Shown: positions 28,248 through 38,144, counted from the first letter of the stretch. The stretch: 64,000 nucleotides of DNA from an uncultured Gemmatimonadales bacterium (GCA_963842945.1 CAWJIM010000019.1:1-64000), one strand, 5' to 3'. The notes: a model not told the origin generated them from the sequence alone. Translations and numbers: made by a program.

Positions 28248-29369
28248 GTGTCGCGGTTTACGTCTTCGATTCTGGTCGGTATAGGTCTGGTGCTGTCGGG
28301 CTGCGGCGAGGACGCCAATGCTCCGACCGCCCCGGAAACCGCGCCGGAGCTGGTGGTCAGCTCGGCCGCGGCGGCGCTCACATTTAGCGCGATAGCCGCC
28401 GGAGGGTTCCACACCTGCGGCGTAGCCTCGGATAACCGGGCGTTCTGCTGGGGGCTGAACGACAACGGCCAGCTGGGCGACGGCACCACGAAGCAGCGCT
28501 GGCGGCCCACTCTGGTGGCGCGCGGGCTCCGGTGGGCCCAGGTCGACGGCGGCCTCTACTACAGTTGCGGAGTCACCACCGGCAACGTGGCTTACTGCTG
28601 GGGCCTCAACGATTACGGCCAGCTGGGCTTCGGCGGCCTGAGCAGCCGGGTGCGGCCGGTGCCGGTGGCGGGCGGCCTCAAATTTCGCCAGGTGAGCACG
28701 GGACCGCTCCACAGCTGCGGGGTGACCACCGACGACAAGGCCTACTGCTGGGGCGCCAACTTCGACGGACAGGTGGGAGATGGTACCACTACCGAACGGC
28801 ACTCCCCGGTCCCGGTCGCGGGTGGGCTTCGGTTCCGCCGGATCAGGGCATCGGGCTATACCTGCGGGGTGACCACCGACGACAAGGCTTACTGCTGGGG
28901 CGGCGACCATCACGTCCCGACCCTGATTCCGGGCGGGATCAGCTTCCGCCAGGTGAACGCCGGGTGCGGGCTGACCGCAGACCACAAGGGGTACTGCTGG
29001 GAGTCGTATGGCCAACCAGTGCTGGTCTCGGGCTTCAGCTTCAACCAGCTGGTTCGATCGGGACGGATCTGCGGGGTCACGACCCTCAACAAGGCGTACT
29101 GTTGGGGCGACAACTTCACCGGCGCCCTGGGCGACGGCACCGAAACCAATCGAACCAGCCCGACGGCAGTCCTGGGTGGCCTCTCGTTCAGCGGAGTGAG
29201 CGTGGGCGAGGGCTACCATACCTGCGGCGTGACCACGAGCGGCAAAGCCTATTGCTGGGGTCACAACCCCTACGGCCAGCTCGGTCTCGGCAGCAACACC
29301 GGCCCGGAGACGTGCAACTTCGAGCTCGCGTGCAGCAGGAGACCGAGGGCGGTGGTGGGACCGCTGTGA
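28248..29369 (+). CDS. RCC1-repeat (BLIP-II-like) lipoprotein 1
   Basis: Lipobox LSGC; HTCG..AYCWG.N..GQLGDG repeats. Confidence 0.92.
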   Translation: MSRFTSSILVGIGLVLSGCGEDANAPTAPETAPELVVSSAAAALTFSAIAAGGFHTCGVASDNRAFCWGLNDNGQLGDGTTKQRWRPTLVARGLRWAQVDGGLYYSCGVTTGNVAYCWGLNDYGQLGFGGLSSRVRPVPVAGGLKFRQVSTGPLHSCGVTTDDKAYCWGANFDGQVGDGTTTERHSPVPVAGGLRFRRIRASGYTCGVTTDDKAYCWGGDHHVPTLIPGGISFRQVNAGCGLTADHKGYCWESYGQPVLVSGFSFNQLVRSGRICGVTTLNKAYCWGDNFTGALGDGTETNRTSPTAVLGGLSFSGVSVGEGYHTCGVTTSGKAYCWGHNPYGQLGLGSNTGPETCNFELACSRRPRAVVGPL

Positions 29370-29387
29370 AGATGAGAGAGGGGGTAA

Positions 29388-29410
29388 GCGGTGAGCGGTG
29401 AGCGGTGAGC
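29388..29410 (+). repeat. Heptamer repeat GCGGTGA x3
   Basis: Intergenic GCGGTGAGCGGTGAGCGGTGAGC. Confidence 0.7.
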
Positions 29411-29443
29411 AGCTTGAGTGTTACAGCGCCTAAGGAGGATCTG

Positions 29444-30634
29444 ATGATTTGTCCGTTGCGTGTTTGGGGTGTCATGCTCCTCGGGGGCATCACACTGATT
29501 GCTTGGGGCTGCGGAGAGGATGCCGAGCCACCCACTGTCCCGGAGGAAACGCCAACGCTCGCGGTAACCTCGGCTGCACCGCTGTCGTTCCGCCAACTCA
29601 GCGCCGGCGTCTATCACACCTGCGGGGTCACCACCGATGACCGGGCCTACTGCTGGGGAGAACACCGCTTTGCGCCGGCCCCGGTTTCCGGCGGGCTCCG
29701 CTTCCTCGAGGTGAATGCCGGACAGCCTGACCGGTTCGACGAGAGCATCACCTGCGGCGTCACCACCGACCTGCATGGGTACTGTTGGGAAAAAGACCTG
29801 GTGCCAAGGGAGATACCGGGCGGACGGCGGTTCCGCCAGCTGAGCGTTGGTGACCAATACATCTGTGGCGTGAATCCGTTGGACGTGGCCTTCTGCTGGG
29901 GCGTGAACAACCAGTGGGGCCAACTGGGCACCGGGGGCGGCAACATCGCCACGCCGGTGCGGGTGGCCGGCGGCCTGCGGTTCCGCCGGGTGTTTACCGC
30001 TGCGACGCATACCTGCGGTACGACCACGGACGACCGGGCCTATTGTTGGGGCTGGAACAACTTCGGTCAGCTGGGCGTCGGCCCCAACAGTACCACAATC
30101 AATCGCACCAAGCCGACCGCGGTGTTAGGCGGCCTCCGTTTTCGTCAGGTCAAGCCCGGCTCGGGCTATCCCACGGGCATACAGTTTCCTGAGGTCGACG
30201 GACCCGCCTACAGCTGCGGGCTGACCACCGACGATCGGGTCTACTGCTGGGGGGGAGGGGGTGCCCCGCTCGGTTCGGCATCCGGGGGCAGCAGCACGCC
30301 GATCCCCGTCGCCGCTGGAGGCCGCCTCTTCGACTTCGTTCACCCCGGTCTCTTGCACGCGTGCGCCCTGACGACCTTCAACAACGCGTTCTGCTGGGGC
30401 AACAACGAATTCGGCCAGCTCGGCACCGGCAGCACCAATTTCAGCACAACGCCGGTGCGAGTATCCGGCGGCCTGAAATTCGTGAGTCTGACAGTGGCTC
30501 CGACCGGTTGGCATACGTGCGGCGTGACCGCGGATCACCGGGCCTACTGCTGGGGCAGGAACTACAGTGGAGGGCTGGGCGACGGAACCCAGACCAATAG
30601 ACTCACGCCTACGGCAGTCGTGGGACCGGGGTGA
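29444..30634 (+). CDS. RCC1-repeat lipoprotein 2
   Basis: AAGGAGG RBS; lipobox AWGC; RCC1 repeats. Confidence 0.92.
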   Translation: MICPLRVWGVMLLGGITLIAWGCGEDAEPPTVPEETPTLAVTSAAPLSFRQLSAGVYHTCGVTTDDRAYCWGEHRFAPAPVSGGLRFLEVNAGQPDRFDESITCGVTTDLHGYCWEKDLVPREIPGGRRFRQLSVGDQYICGVNPLDVAFCWGVNNQWGQLGTGGGNIATPVRVAGGLRFRRVFTAATHTCGTTTDDRAYCWGWNNFGQLGVGPNSTTINRTKPTAVLGGLRFRQVKPGSGYPTGIQFPEVDGPAYSCGLTTDDRVYCWGGGGAPLGSASGGSSTPIPVAAGGRLFDFVHPGLLHACALTTFNNAFCWGNNEFGQLGTGSTNFSTTPVRVSGGLKFVSLTVAPTGWHTCGVTADHRAYCWGRNYSGGLGDGTQTNRLTPTAVVGPG

Positions 30635-30670
30635 GGTAAGAGGTGAGTTGTGGGCCATACAAGGGAGGAC

Positions 30671-31876
30671 ATGGTGATTCGTCCGATGCGGGTTCGCAGT
30701 GTCATGCTCCTCGGGAGCATTGCATTGATTGCTGGTGGCTGCGGAGACGATGCCGAGTCACCCACTGCACCAGCCGAGGTGCCGACACTTGCGGCCGCTT
30801 CAGCCCAGGCTACGCTGGTATTCACCCAGGTCAGCGCCGGTGGAGGTCACAGCTGCGGAGTGACGTCGGATCATCGAGCGTTTTGCTGGGGCGCCAACGG
30901 CGGCGGGAGGTTGGGCGACGGTACGACGGAGTTTCATTCTACACCGGTTGAGGTTACCGGAGGGCTGAGCTTCACCCAGGTCAGCGCCGGCTCGGACTAC
31001 ACCTGCGGCCTAGGCTCCGACGAACATGCGTACTGCTGGGGATCCAACTACCAGGGCCAGCTGGGCGACGGTACCAAGAGTATTCGACTCACGCCGGTGG
31101 CAGTGTCCGGGGGGCGCCGCTTCAGTCAGGTGAGCGCGGGCTCCAGCCACACCTGTGCCCTCAAGGCATCGGGCGTCGCGTTCTGCTGGGGCCACAACAG
31201 CTCCGGTGAGGTAGGCGATGGCACGGCGGCCGAGCGGCTGACCCCAGTGCGGGTAGCCGGCGGCCGCCTCTTCAGCCAGGTGACCGCGGGCTACTATCAC
31301 ACCTGCGGGCTGGGCACCAATGCGCTGGTCTACTGCTGGGGGGCCAACTTCGATGGGCAACTCGGCGACGGAAGCACGGCAGAGCGCCTGTTGCCGACTG
31401 CGATCAGGGGTGGCCGCAGCTTCCGCCAGGTCAGCGCCGGTCCCACCAATACCTGCGGGGTGACCACAAGCCACTTGGCCTACTGCTGGGGGACTAACCG
31501 GTATGGTCAGATCGGCAACGGTACATCCGGCTACGCTGCCCGGCGGGTAACCCCGACTGCGGTGCTGGGTGGACTTCTATTCAACTCGGTAAGTCCGGGC
31601 GGCGGTCACAGCTGCGGCCTGACTACGGGGAACCGGGCCTATTGCTGGGGAAACAACGTCTTCGGGCAGTTGGGCGACGGCACCAACACGAAACGCACAA
31701 CCCCGGTCCCGGTTTCCGGCGGGCGACAGTTCAGCGGCTTGAGCACCGGTTATTCGCATACATGCGGCGTGACAACGGGCGACCTGGCGTACTGCTGGGG
31801 ATCCAACAACAACGGTCAACTGGGGAATGGGAGCACCGAGGGAAGCTCGATACCGGTGGCGGTGGCCGGGCCGTAG
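30671..31876 (+). CDS. RCC1-repeat lipoprotein 3
   Basis: GGGAGG RBS; lipobox AGGC; RCC1 repeats. Confidence 0.92.
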   Translation: MVIRPMRVRSVMLLGSIALIAGGCGDDAESPTAPAEVPTLAAASAQATLVFTQVSAGGGHSCGVTSDHRAFCWGANGGGRLGDGTTEFHSTPVEVTGGLSFTQVSAGSDYTCGLGSDEHAYCWGSNYQGQLGDGTKSIRLTPVAVSGGRRFSQVSAGSSHTCALKASGVAFCWGHNSSGEVGDGTAAERLTPVRVAGGRLFSQVTAGYYHTCGLGTNALVYCWGANFDGQLGDGSTAERLLPTAIRGGRSFRQVSAGPTNTCGVTTSHLAYCWGTNRYGQIGNGTSGYAARRVTPTAVLGGLLFNSVSPGGGHSCGLTTGNRAYCWGNNVFGQLGDGTNTKRTTPVPVSGGRQFSGLSTGYSHTCGVTTGDLAYCWGSNNNGQLGNGSTEGSSIPVAVAGP

Positions 31877-31901
31877 TACTCGCAGGGGGCCGGCCCTCGG
31901 C

Positions 31902-32825
31902 TTAGAGCGGAAGCTCCCAGTTCTGTCCCACGAGCGCCTTCCCGAAACTGCGGTGGCGCTCGCTCTTTACCAGGCGGAAGCCGGCCCGCTCGTACAAATG
32001 GCGAGCGTCCACCAGCACATCGTTGGTCCACAGGGTGAGCGTCCGGTAGCCAGCCTTGCGCGCGGCGTCGATGCAGGCCTGGACCAGCCTGGTGCCGAGG
32101 CCGTGGCCTCGAGCCCAGGGCTCGACCAGCAACAGCCGGAGCCGCGCGACCTTCTTCGACGCAGGCACCAGAAACACGCAGCCGGCCCGCACGCCGTCGA
32201 TGGTGGCGATCCAGCAGCGTTGCGCCGGATCGTGCGCCGCAGCGAATTCTCCCACGATCCGGGCCACCAGGTGCTCGAATTCGGCGTTCCAACCGTACTC
32301 CTCGGCGTAGAGCTCACCGTGCCGCTGGATCACCCAGCCCAGATCCCCCGGCTCGGGTGCCCGCAAGCTCATGACCGGGGTCCTTGCTGCGTCTTTCTCG
32401 TCATCGAGCAGGGTTTCGATCATGCCGAGAGATTGGAGGAGGTGCTTCTGGTCCCTCGCCGAGAGGTCCTGCAGCATGCCGGCAATCTCCTGGGTGGCCC
32501 GGGCGTTTAGCACTCCGAACGCCTTCCGGCCCCGGGCGGTGAGCGCAAGCCGGCGCTCCCGCCGGTCGTGAGGCTCGGCGCGAGCGGAGACCAGCCCCCG
32601 CTGCCGCAGACCGCGGAGCAGCCGGCTCAGGTACCCGGGATCGAGCTGGAGGGTTTGACCGACGGTCTTGGCCGTGGGCCGTAGCTGGTGCGCGATCTCG
32701 TAGAGAACACGAACCTCGGCCAGAGAAAAGTGAGTCTGGAGGAGGCCCGGCTTCAGCAGACCCATCCTCCGAGTATAGAAACGATTGAAGCGCCGGATCC
32801 GGGTGGCGGTGCTGATGCGAGACAT
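31902..32825 (-). CDS. Bifunctional MarR HTH / GNAT acetyltransferase
   Basis: AGGAG RBS before ATG 32825; IRRFNRFYT, LDPGYLSR, ARLRLLLVEP, LWTNDVL. Confidence 0.92.
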   Translation of the reverse strand: MSRISTATRIRRFNRFYTRRMGLLKPGLLQTHFSLAEVRVLYEIAHQLRPTAKTVGQTLQLDPGYLSRLLRGLRQRGLVSARAEPHDRRERRLALTARGRKAFGVLNARATQEIAGMLQDLSARDQKHLLQSLGMIETLLDDEKDAARTPVMSLRAPEPGDLGWVIQRHGELYAEEYGWNAEFEHLVARIVGEFAAAHDPAQRCWIATIDGVRAGCVFLVPASKKVARLRLLLVEPWARGHGLGTRLVQACIDAARKAGYRTLTLWTNDVLVDARHLYERAGFRLVKSERHRSFGKALVGQNWELPL

Positions 32826-32861
32826 GGCTATCTCCTGGCAGGCTGCTCCAAGTTTCGGGAG

Positions 32862-32882
32862 ATAGTTGCTTTTGTCAACTAT
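32862..32882. promoter_or_regulatory. Palindromic operator overlapping -35 of marR-GNAT
   Basis: ATAGTTG-N7-CAACTAT; minus-strand TTGACA at 32873-32878. Confidence 0.65.
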
Positions 32883-32924
32883 TGCGGCGGTTCCAGGCGC
32901 CCTCTTCCTACTGTTGTTTTCTTG

Positions 32925-32990
32925 TTTATCTCCCGGCATCTCGATCTCGGATTTAGTTCCGACTTTTGCGGCGGGAGCAGAAAGGTAGGT
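32925..32990 (-). pseudogene. gcvT C-terminal remnant A
   Basis: TYLSAPAAKVGTKSEIEMPGDK vs Gcv[23 protein letters not shown]. Confidence 0.75.
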
Positions 32991-33225
32991 CGCCGGCCTA
33001 TTCGTCACTGGTGGGCTGGGCCTGGGGTTCTTCAGAATGGATGACAGCGGATCGGGCCCCCGACGTGGGAGCAGGAGTGGAGATCGGGATGGGCTATGAC
33101 ATCGGCCTGGTCCGGAATTTCAGCGTCACACCGTAGATCAACTGGTTTCACTTTCACACTTCGGATTCGCGCGGATCCGCTCTGGGAATCGGACTCGCCC
33201 TCTCAGTGCACTAGCCGGATCAGGC

Positions 33226-33265
33226 TCACTTGGCTTTCCTGGCGCTCCTTCTTCCACAGGCCGCT
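33226..33265 (-). pseudogene. gcvT C-terminal remnant B (degenerate)
   Basis: Reads RP-WKK-SARKAK* with small deletions vs Gcv[15 protein letters not shown]. Confidence 0.55.
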
Positions 33266-33293
33266 CGCGTCCGACAACAAGTCTTTGGTCGCC

Positions 33294-33327
33294 GCTTGAC
33301 CCTGGCTTGACCGGCGGAGGATAGAGT
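33294..33327 (+). promoter_or_regulatory. SARP-type direct-repeat box
   Basis: TTGACCC-N4-TTGACCG-N8-TAGAGT. Confidence 0.65.
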
Positions 33328-33357
33328 GGCGTCGAACCCCTGAACGAGGAGACTCGG

Positions 33358-34608
33358 ATGTTCCAGCCGTCGCGCGTTCTCACCTCAATCCTCTTGGCCG
33401 GCACTGAGATAGCTGTGGGCGGGTGCGGAGACAATACGGCCTCGCCCACATCCCCGGAGGCCGCCGGCCCAGCAGCGGCCGCGGCGGCCGCGGCCGCGCT
33501 CTCCTTTACCCGGGTAAGCGTTGGCGGCTATCACACTTGCGGCCTCGCCTCCGGCGGGGGGATCTATTGCTGGGGTAGTAACGAGTACGGTCAGCTCGGC
33601 GACGGGACTCATAGCCGCCGCACGGTTCCAACGCCGGTCTCGGGCGGGCTGGTCTTTGTCCAGGTGAGCGCAGGCACCAACCATACCTGCGGAGTAACGG
33701 CCCAGAACCGCGTCTACTGCTGGGGGAACAATGAAGGCGGGAGGCTGGGCGATGGGACCGCTCTGGAACGCAGTGTGCCCACGGCAGTCGGCGGTGGACG
33801 CCCCTTCGTGGAGGTACGCGCCGGAACCCTTCACACCTGCGCCGTCAACCAGTTCAACGTAGGCTTTTGCTGGGGCAGTTCGCGCTTCGGTGAGCTCGGC
33901 ACCGATCCAACCACTCAGCAGCCCCTGCCGGCTCGGGTTGTGGGGGGCCACGCTTTTCGGCGTGTAGTCGCCGGAGGGGGCTTCACCTGCGGGGTGACCA
34001 CGGCGGACAAAGCGTACTGCTGGGGCTACAACCTCGACGCGGAGCTAGGTGACGGTACCTACACAAACCGGTCGAAGCCGGTGCCGGTCTCGGGAGGGCT
34101 CAGCTTCAGGCAGGTTGTCGCCGGGGGGGGCGACATCTCGGACGCGCAGGGAGACGAGGTGGATCCGGGCCATGCCTGCGGAGTGACCACGGATCGCCGG
34201 GCCTATTGCTGGGGCTACAGCAGCTCCGGCCAGCTCGGCAATGGGGTCAGAGACGGCGGCGTGCGGAGCCCGGTAGCGGTCGGGGGCGGGCTGCGATGGA
34301 ACCAGGTGATCGCCGGCCTCAATCACACCTGCGGCGTCACCACGACCAACCTTGCTTACTGCTGGGGGCTGAACGGCTCTGGCGAGCTCGGAATCTCGGG
34401 TGGCCCGGGCCCCGGCGTCGCATCGCCGACCAGAGTGGCCGGCGGCCTCCTATTCAGCGGCGTGACCACCGGCCCCGGGGGAGCGCATACCTGCGGAATC
34501 ACTACCGGGAACCGGATCTACTGCTGGGGCTACAACGCCTTCGGCCAGCTGGGCGACGGGACCCTCACGAATCGCTCAACCCCGGTCAAGGTGGTGGGAC
34601 AGTCGTGA
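33358..34608 (+). CDS. RCC1-repeat lipoprotein 4
   Basis: GAGGAG RBS; lipobox VGGC; RCC1 repeats. Confidence 0.92.
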   Translation: MFQPSRVLTSILLAGTEIAVGGCGDNTASPTSPEAAGPAAAAAAAAALSFTRVSVGGYHTCGLASGGGIYCWGSNEYGQLGDGTHSRRTVPTPVSGGLVFVQVSAGTNHTCGVTAQNRVYCWGNNEGGRLGDGTALERSVPTAVGGGRPFVEVRAGTLHTCAVNQFNVGFCWGSSRFGELGTDPTTQQPLPARVVGGHAFRRVVAGGGFTCGVTTADKAYCWGYNLDAELGDGTYTNRSKPVPVSGGLSFRQVVAGGGDISDAQGDEVDPGHACGVTTDRRAYCWGYSSSGQLGNGVRDGGVRSPVAVGGGLRWNQVIAGLNHTCGVTTTNLAYCWGLNGSGELGISGGPGPGVASPTRVAGGLLFSGVTTGPGGAHTCGITTGNRIYCWGYNAFGQLGDGTLTNRSTPVKVVGQS

Positions 34609-34618
34609 GAGCTTGAGT

Positions 34619-34684
34619 TCATAATCCTTTCTTCGCGCTTCCTTTCTTCCAGAATGGCCGGCTGACGACCTCAGCCGGCACCCT
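34619..34684 (-). pseudogene. gcvT C-terminal remnant C
   Basis: [20 protein letters not shown] vs Gcv[22 protein letters not shown]. Confidence 0.85.
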
Positions 34685-34685
34685 A

Positions 34686-34719
34686 GCTTGACTCCTGCTT
34701 GACCCAACGCGGCAATCGT
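34686..34719 (+). promoter_or_regulatory. SARP-type direct-repeat box
   Basis: TTGACTC-N4-TTGACCC-N8-AATCGT. Confidence 0.65.
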
Positions 34720-34761
34720 CCGTACCACTGAAACAGACCGGTTTCTTCATCTGGAGTTCCC

Positions 34762-35919
34762 ATGCGAAGCTTCTGCACCAGGTCTTTAATCCTCTTGGCC
34801 GCCATGGCGGCCATCTCAGGATGCCAGCAGGACCCGATGTCCCCCTCAGACCTGGAAGCACCGGCGCTTGCCGCCAGCGCAACGCAGGCGACGTCGTTCC
34901 TGAACGTAAGCTCCAATTCATTCCGGAGTTGCGGGGTAACCCAGGACAACCGGATCTACTGCTGGGGTACGACCAGCGGGTTCGTTCCGGGCTCGCTTCG
35001 CTTCCAGCTGGTCAGCGTCGGCGGCGATCATACCTGCGGCGTCACCACCGACAAGGTGGCCTACTGCTGGGGCGCCAACTTTTTCGGCGAGCTGGGTGAC
35101 GGAACCTTGACCTCACGCTCGGCACCCACCCCGGTTTTGGGCGGCCGCAGATGGAATCTGGTGCGCGCCGGCGGTTACCACACCTGCGGGGTGACCACGG
35201 ACAACCGGGCGTTCTGCTGGGGGCGTGACAGCGAAGGGCAGGTCGGGGATGGCACCCCCGACAATTCCTGGCGGCTGCGTCCGGTACTGGTCGCCGGCGG
35301 GCTAAGCTGGCGTCAGGTCATTCCCGGGCACTTCCACACCTGCGGTGTGACCACGGGCAATAAGGGATACTGCTGGGGGGCCGGTGATGGCGGCCGGATC
35401 GGCGACGGCAAGACCGTCGAGCGACACGCGCCGGTGGCTGTCGCTGGGGGGCGGAGCTATCGCCAGGTTGCCGCCGGTGACATGCACAGCTGCGGTGTCA
35501 CCACGGACAATCGGGCCTTCTGCTGGGGATATAATGCTGAGGGGCGCCTGGGCGACGGAACCACCACCGACCGCCTGAAGCCGGTGGCGGTGGCCGGCGG
35601 ACTCCAGTTTAACCGCGTGGGCATCAACCGTGTGACCTGCGGCGTGACGACCAGCGGCAAAGGCTACTGCTGGGGCTTGAATGCCACGGGACAGTTGGGC
35701 GATGGCACCACGACGAACCGCTCCCGGCCGGCAGCGGTCTCCGGTGGGCTTCAGTTCAGAGAGATAAGCCCGGGAAACGGCGCCGACACCGCCGATCACA
35801 CCTGCGGTCTCACCACCGGCGGTAAGGTCTACTGCTGGGGCGAGAACGGTTTCGGCCAATTGGGTGACGGAACGACCGACAACAGCTCCAGACCCGTGCC
35901 GATAGACGATCCGGCGTAA
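34762..35919 (+). CDS. RCC1-repeat lipoprotein 5
   Basis: GGAG RBS; lipobox ISGC; RCC1 repeats. Confidence 0.92.
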   Translation: MRSFCTRSLILLAAMAAISGCQQDPMSPSDLEAPALAASATQATSFLNVSSNSFRSCGVTQDNRIYCWGTTSGFVPGSLRFQLVSVGGDHTCGVTTDKVAYCWGANFFGELGDGTLTSRSAPTPVLGGRRWNLVRAGGYHTCGVTTDNRAFCWGRDSEGQVGDGTPDNSWRLRPVLVAGGLSWRQVIPGHFHTCGVTTGNKGYCWGAGDGGRIGDGKTVERHAPVAVAGGRSYRQVAAGDMHSCGVTTDNRAFCWGYNAEGRLGDGTTTDRLKPVAVAGGLQFNRVGINRVTCGVTTSGKGYCWGLNATGQLGDGTTTNRSRPAAVSGGLQFREISPGNGADTADHTCGLTTGGKVYCWGENGFGQLGDGTTDNSSRPVPIDDPA

Positions 35920-35942
35920 CCGACTGCGGGGGGCGGGGAGGG

Positions 35943-37059
35943 CTACTGCCCCGCCTTGCGAACGCTACCCTTCTTCCAGAACGGCCGGCTGACCACCTCA
36001 GCCGGCATTCTCTCGCCCCGCATCTCGACCTCGAATTTGGTGCCGACCTTGGCGGCCGCCGCGGGCAGATAGGTGGTGCCGATGGGCACCCCGAGCGAGG
36101 GACTCATTGTGCCACTCCGCACGATGTCCACTTCCCGGTCGGAGGAGTAGACCGAGTATCCGTGCCGGGGAAAGCCTCGCCCCTGGAGCTGAAAGCCGAC
36201 CAGCTTCCGGGTGACGCCTCTACGCTTCTGGGCGTTGAGCGCAGAGTCGCCGGTGAAGGGACAACCCTTGTCCAGCTTCACGATCCAGCCGAGTCCCGCC
36301 TCCAGCGGGGTGGTGGTATCGTCGATCTCATTTCCGTAGAGGGCATAGCCCATCTCCAGCCGCAATGAGTCCCGCGCTCCCAACCCGATCGGCTTGGCGC
36401 CGGCCCGAATCACAGCCTCCCAGATCTCGGGAGTCTCCCGCTCTCGGCAATACAGCTCGAAGCCGTCCTCGCCGGTGTAGCCGGTGCGGGAGATGAAACA
36501 TTCGGCGTTGGCCACCCGGCCGGAGGCGAAATGGTAGTAGCCGATGTCGCTCAATATCGTTCCGGTGAGCGGCTGCAGCAGCGACTCGGCCTGCGGGCCC
36601 TGTACCGCGAGGAGGCCGACCTCGCTGGAGATATCCTTCAGCCGCACGTTGGCGCCGCCCTTCAGGGCCACCATGTGCTCCCAGGCCCTGGCCGTGTTCG
36701 AGGCGTTCACCACGATCATCAGCTTGTCCTCGAACCGATACACCGTGCAGTCGTCCACGAAGGTGCCTTGGGGCGTGAGTATGCCCGAGTACTGAACCGC
36801 GCCCGGCTTGAGCGCGCCTACGTCATTGCAAGTGATCCGATTGACGAAGGCATTCCGGTCCGGACCGGTGATCTCGAACTCGCCCATGTGCGACACATCG
36901 AAGATGCCGGCGGTCGTGCGGACGGCGTGATGCTCGGCCAGGATTCCGCTGGGGTACTGCACCGGCATCTCCCAGCCCGCAAACGGGACGATTTTGGCGC
37001 CCAATACTTCGATGCGCCTCGAACAAAGCGGTACGTCGGAGTGTCTGGGTAGTTGTCAT
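35943..37059 (-). CDS. gcvT: Glycine cleavage system T protein (frameshift near 37005, likely error)
   Basis: [42 protein letters not shown]-terminus [10 protein letters not shown] in adjacent frame. Confidence 0.95.
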
Positions 37060-37115
37060 GTCTTCACCAAAAAGCGTGAGCGGGGAGAAAACAACGTGAG
37101 CGGTGCAGCGGGACA

Positions 37116-38144
37116 TCATGACCTGCGAGCTTTCCTGCTTGCGCTCCCCGCTTTCCCGCTTACGCTTTTCTTTTCCCGCTCACCGCTTACGCTGTCTCCC
37201 ATCAGCATCGCCATAATCGCTTTCTGAACATGGAGCCGGTTCTCCGCCTCTTCCCACACCCGGGATTGCGGCCCCTCGATCACGTCTTCCGACACTTCCT
37301 CGCCTCGATGAGCCGGGAGGCAGTGGAGGAAGATGGCCCCTCGATCCGCCAGCTTCATCAGATCGCCATTCACTATGTATCCCTGGAATGCCCGGGCCCG
37401 CTGCTCCTGCTCTTCTTCCTGTCCCATGGAGGCCCAGACATCGGTGTTGATCACATGCGCTCCGTGGACCGCCTCTTCCGGTTCGGTTGTGAGGGTGATC
37501 CGCGCCTTGCTCCGGTTGCGCTCCAGGATCTCGGCATTCGGCCCGTAGCCCTTGGGGCAGGCCAGGCGGAGCTCGAAGCCGAGGCTCCCCGCCGCGTTGA
37601 TCCAGCTGTTGGCCATGTTGTTGCCGTCGCCCACCCAGGCGACCACTTTGCCCTCCCAGCCTCCCAGAGCCTCCCGGACGGTGAGCAGGTCGGCCATCAC
37701 CTGGCAGGGATGCAGCAGGTCGGTAAGGCCGTTGATGACCGGAATGCTGCCGAAGCGGGCGAGCTCCTCCACATCGCCATGATCGAAGGTGCGGATCATG
37801 ATCCCGTCGAGGTACCGGGAGAGGACCCGCGCAGTGTCCCGGATCGGCTCGCCCCGGCCCAGCTGAATGTCGCGGGATGAGAGGAAGAGCGCGTGCCCGC
37901 CGAGCTGAAACGCGCCGACCTCGAAGGACACCCGAGTTCGGGTGGAGCTCTTGGCGAAGATCATCCCCAGCGTCTTCCCGGCGAGCGGCTTCTCCTTGTA
38001 GTCGCCTCGCTTCATTCGCTCAGCGAGAGCGAAGACGGCGAGGAGCTCTGGTTGGGAGAAGTCGGGGATGGAGAGGAAGTGGCGCGACAAGGTATCCGGG
38101 AGTCTGAGGTCTGGCGTCTGGCGTCTGGCAACTGACGCAGCCAA
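37116..38144 (-). CDS. argF: Ornithine carbamoyltransferase (true start probably TTG ~38090)
   Basis: KSSTRTR, HPCQ, GDGNN, DVWASMG, HCLP, AENR. Confidence 0.95.
   Translation of the reverse strand: MAASVARRQTPDLRLPDTLSRHFLSIPDFSQPELLAVFALAERMKRGDYKEKPLAGKTLGMIFAKSSTRTRVSFEVGAFQLGGHALFLSSRDIQLGRGEPIRDTARVLSRYLDGIMIRTFDHGDVEELARFGSIPVINGLTDLLHPCQVMADLLTVREALGGWEGKVVAWVGDGNNMANSWINAAGSLGFELRLACPKGYGPNAEILERNRSKARITLTTEPEEAVHGAHVINTDVWASMGQEEEQEQRARAFQGYIVNGDLMKLADRGAIFLHCLPAHRGEEVSEDVIEGPQSRVWEEAENRLHVQKAIMAMLMGDSVSGEREKKSVSGKAGSASRKARRS

Noticed and set aside
28248..35919. Diversity-generating retroelement targeting the RCC1 genes
   Set aside because: No reverse transcriptase and no near-identical TR/VR pair with adenine-specific differences seen
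37060..37115. Glycine riboswitch before gcvT
   Set aside because: The gap after argF is too short and consists of repeat sequence
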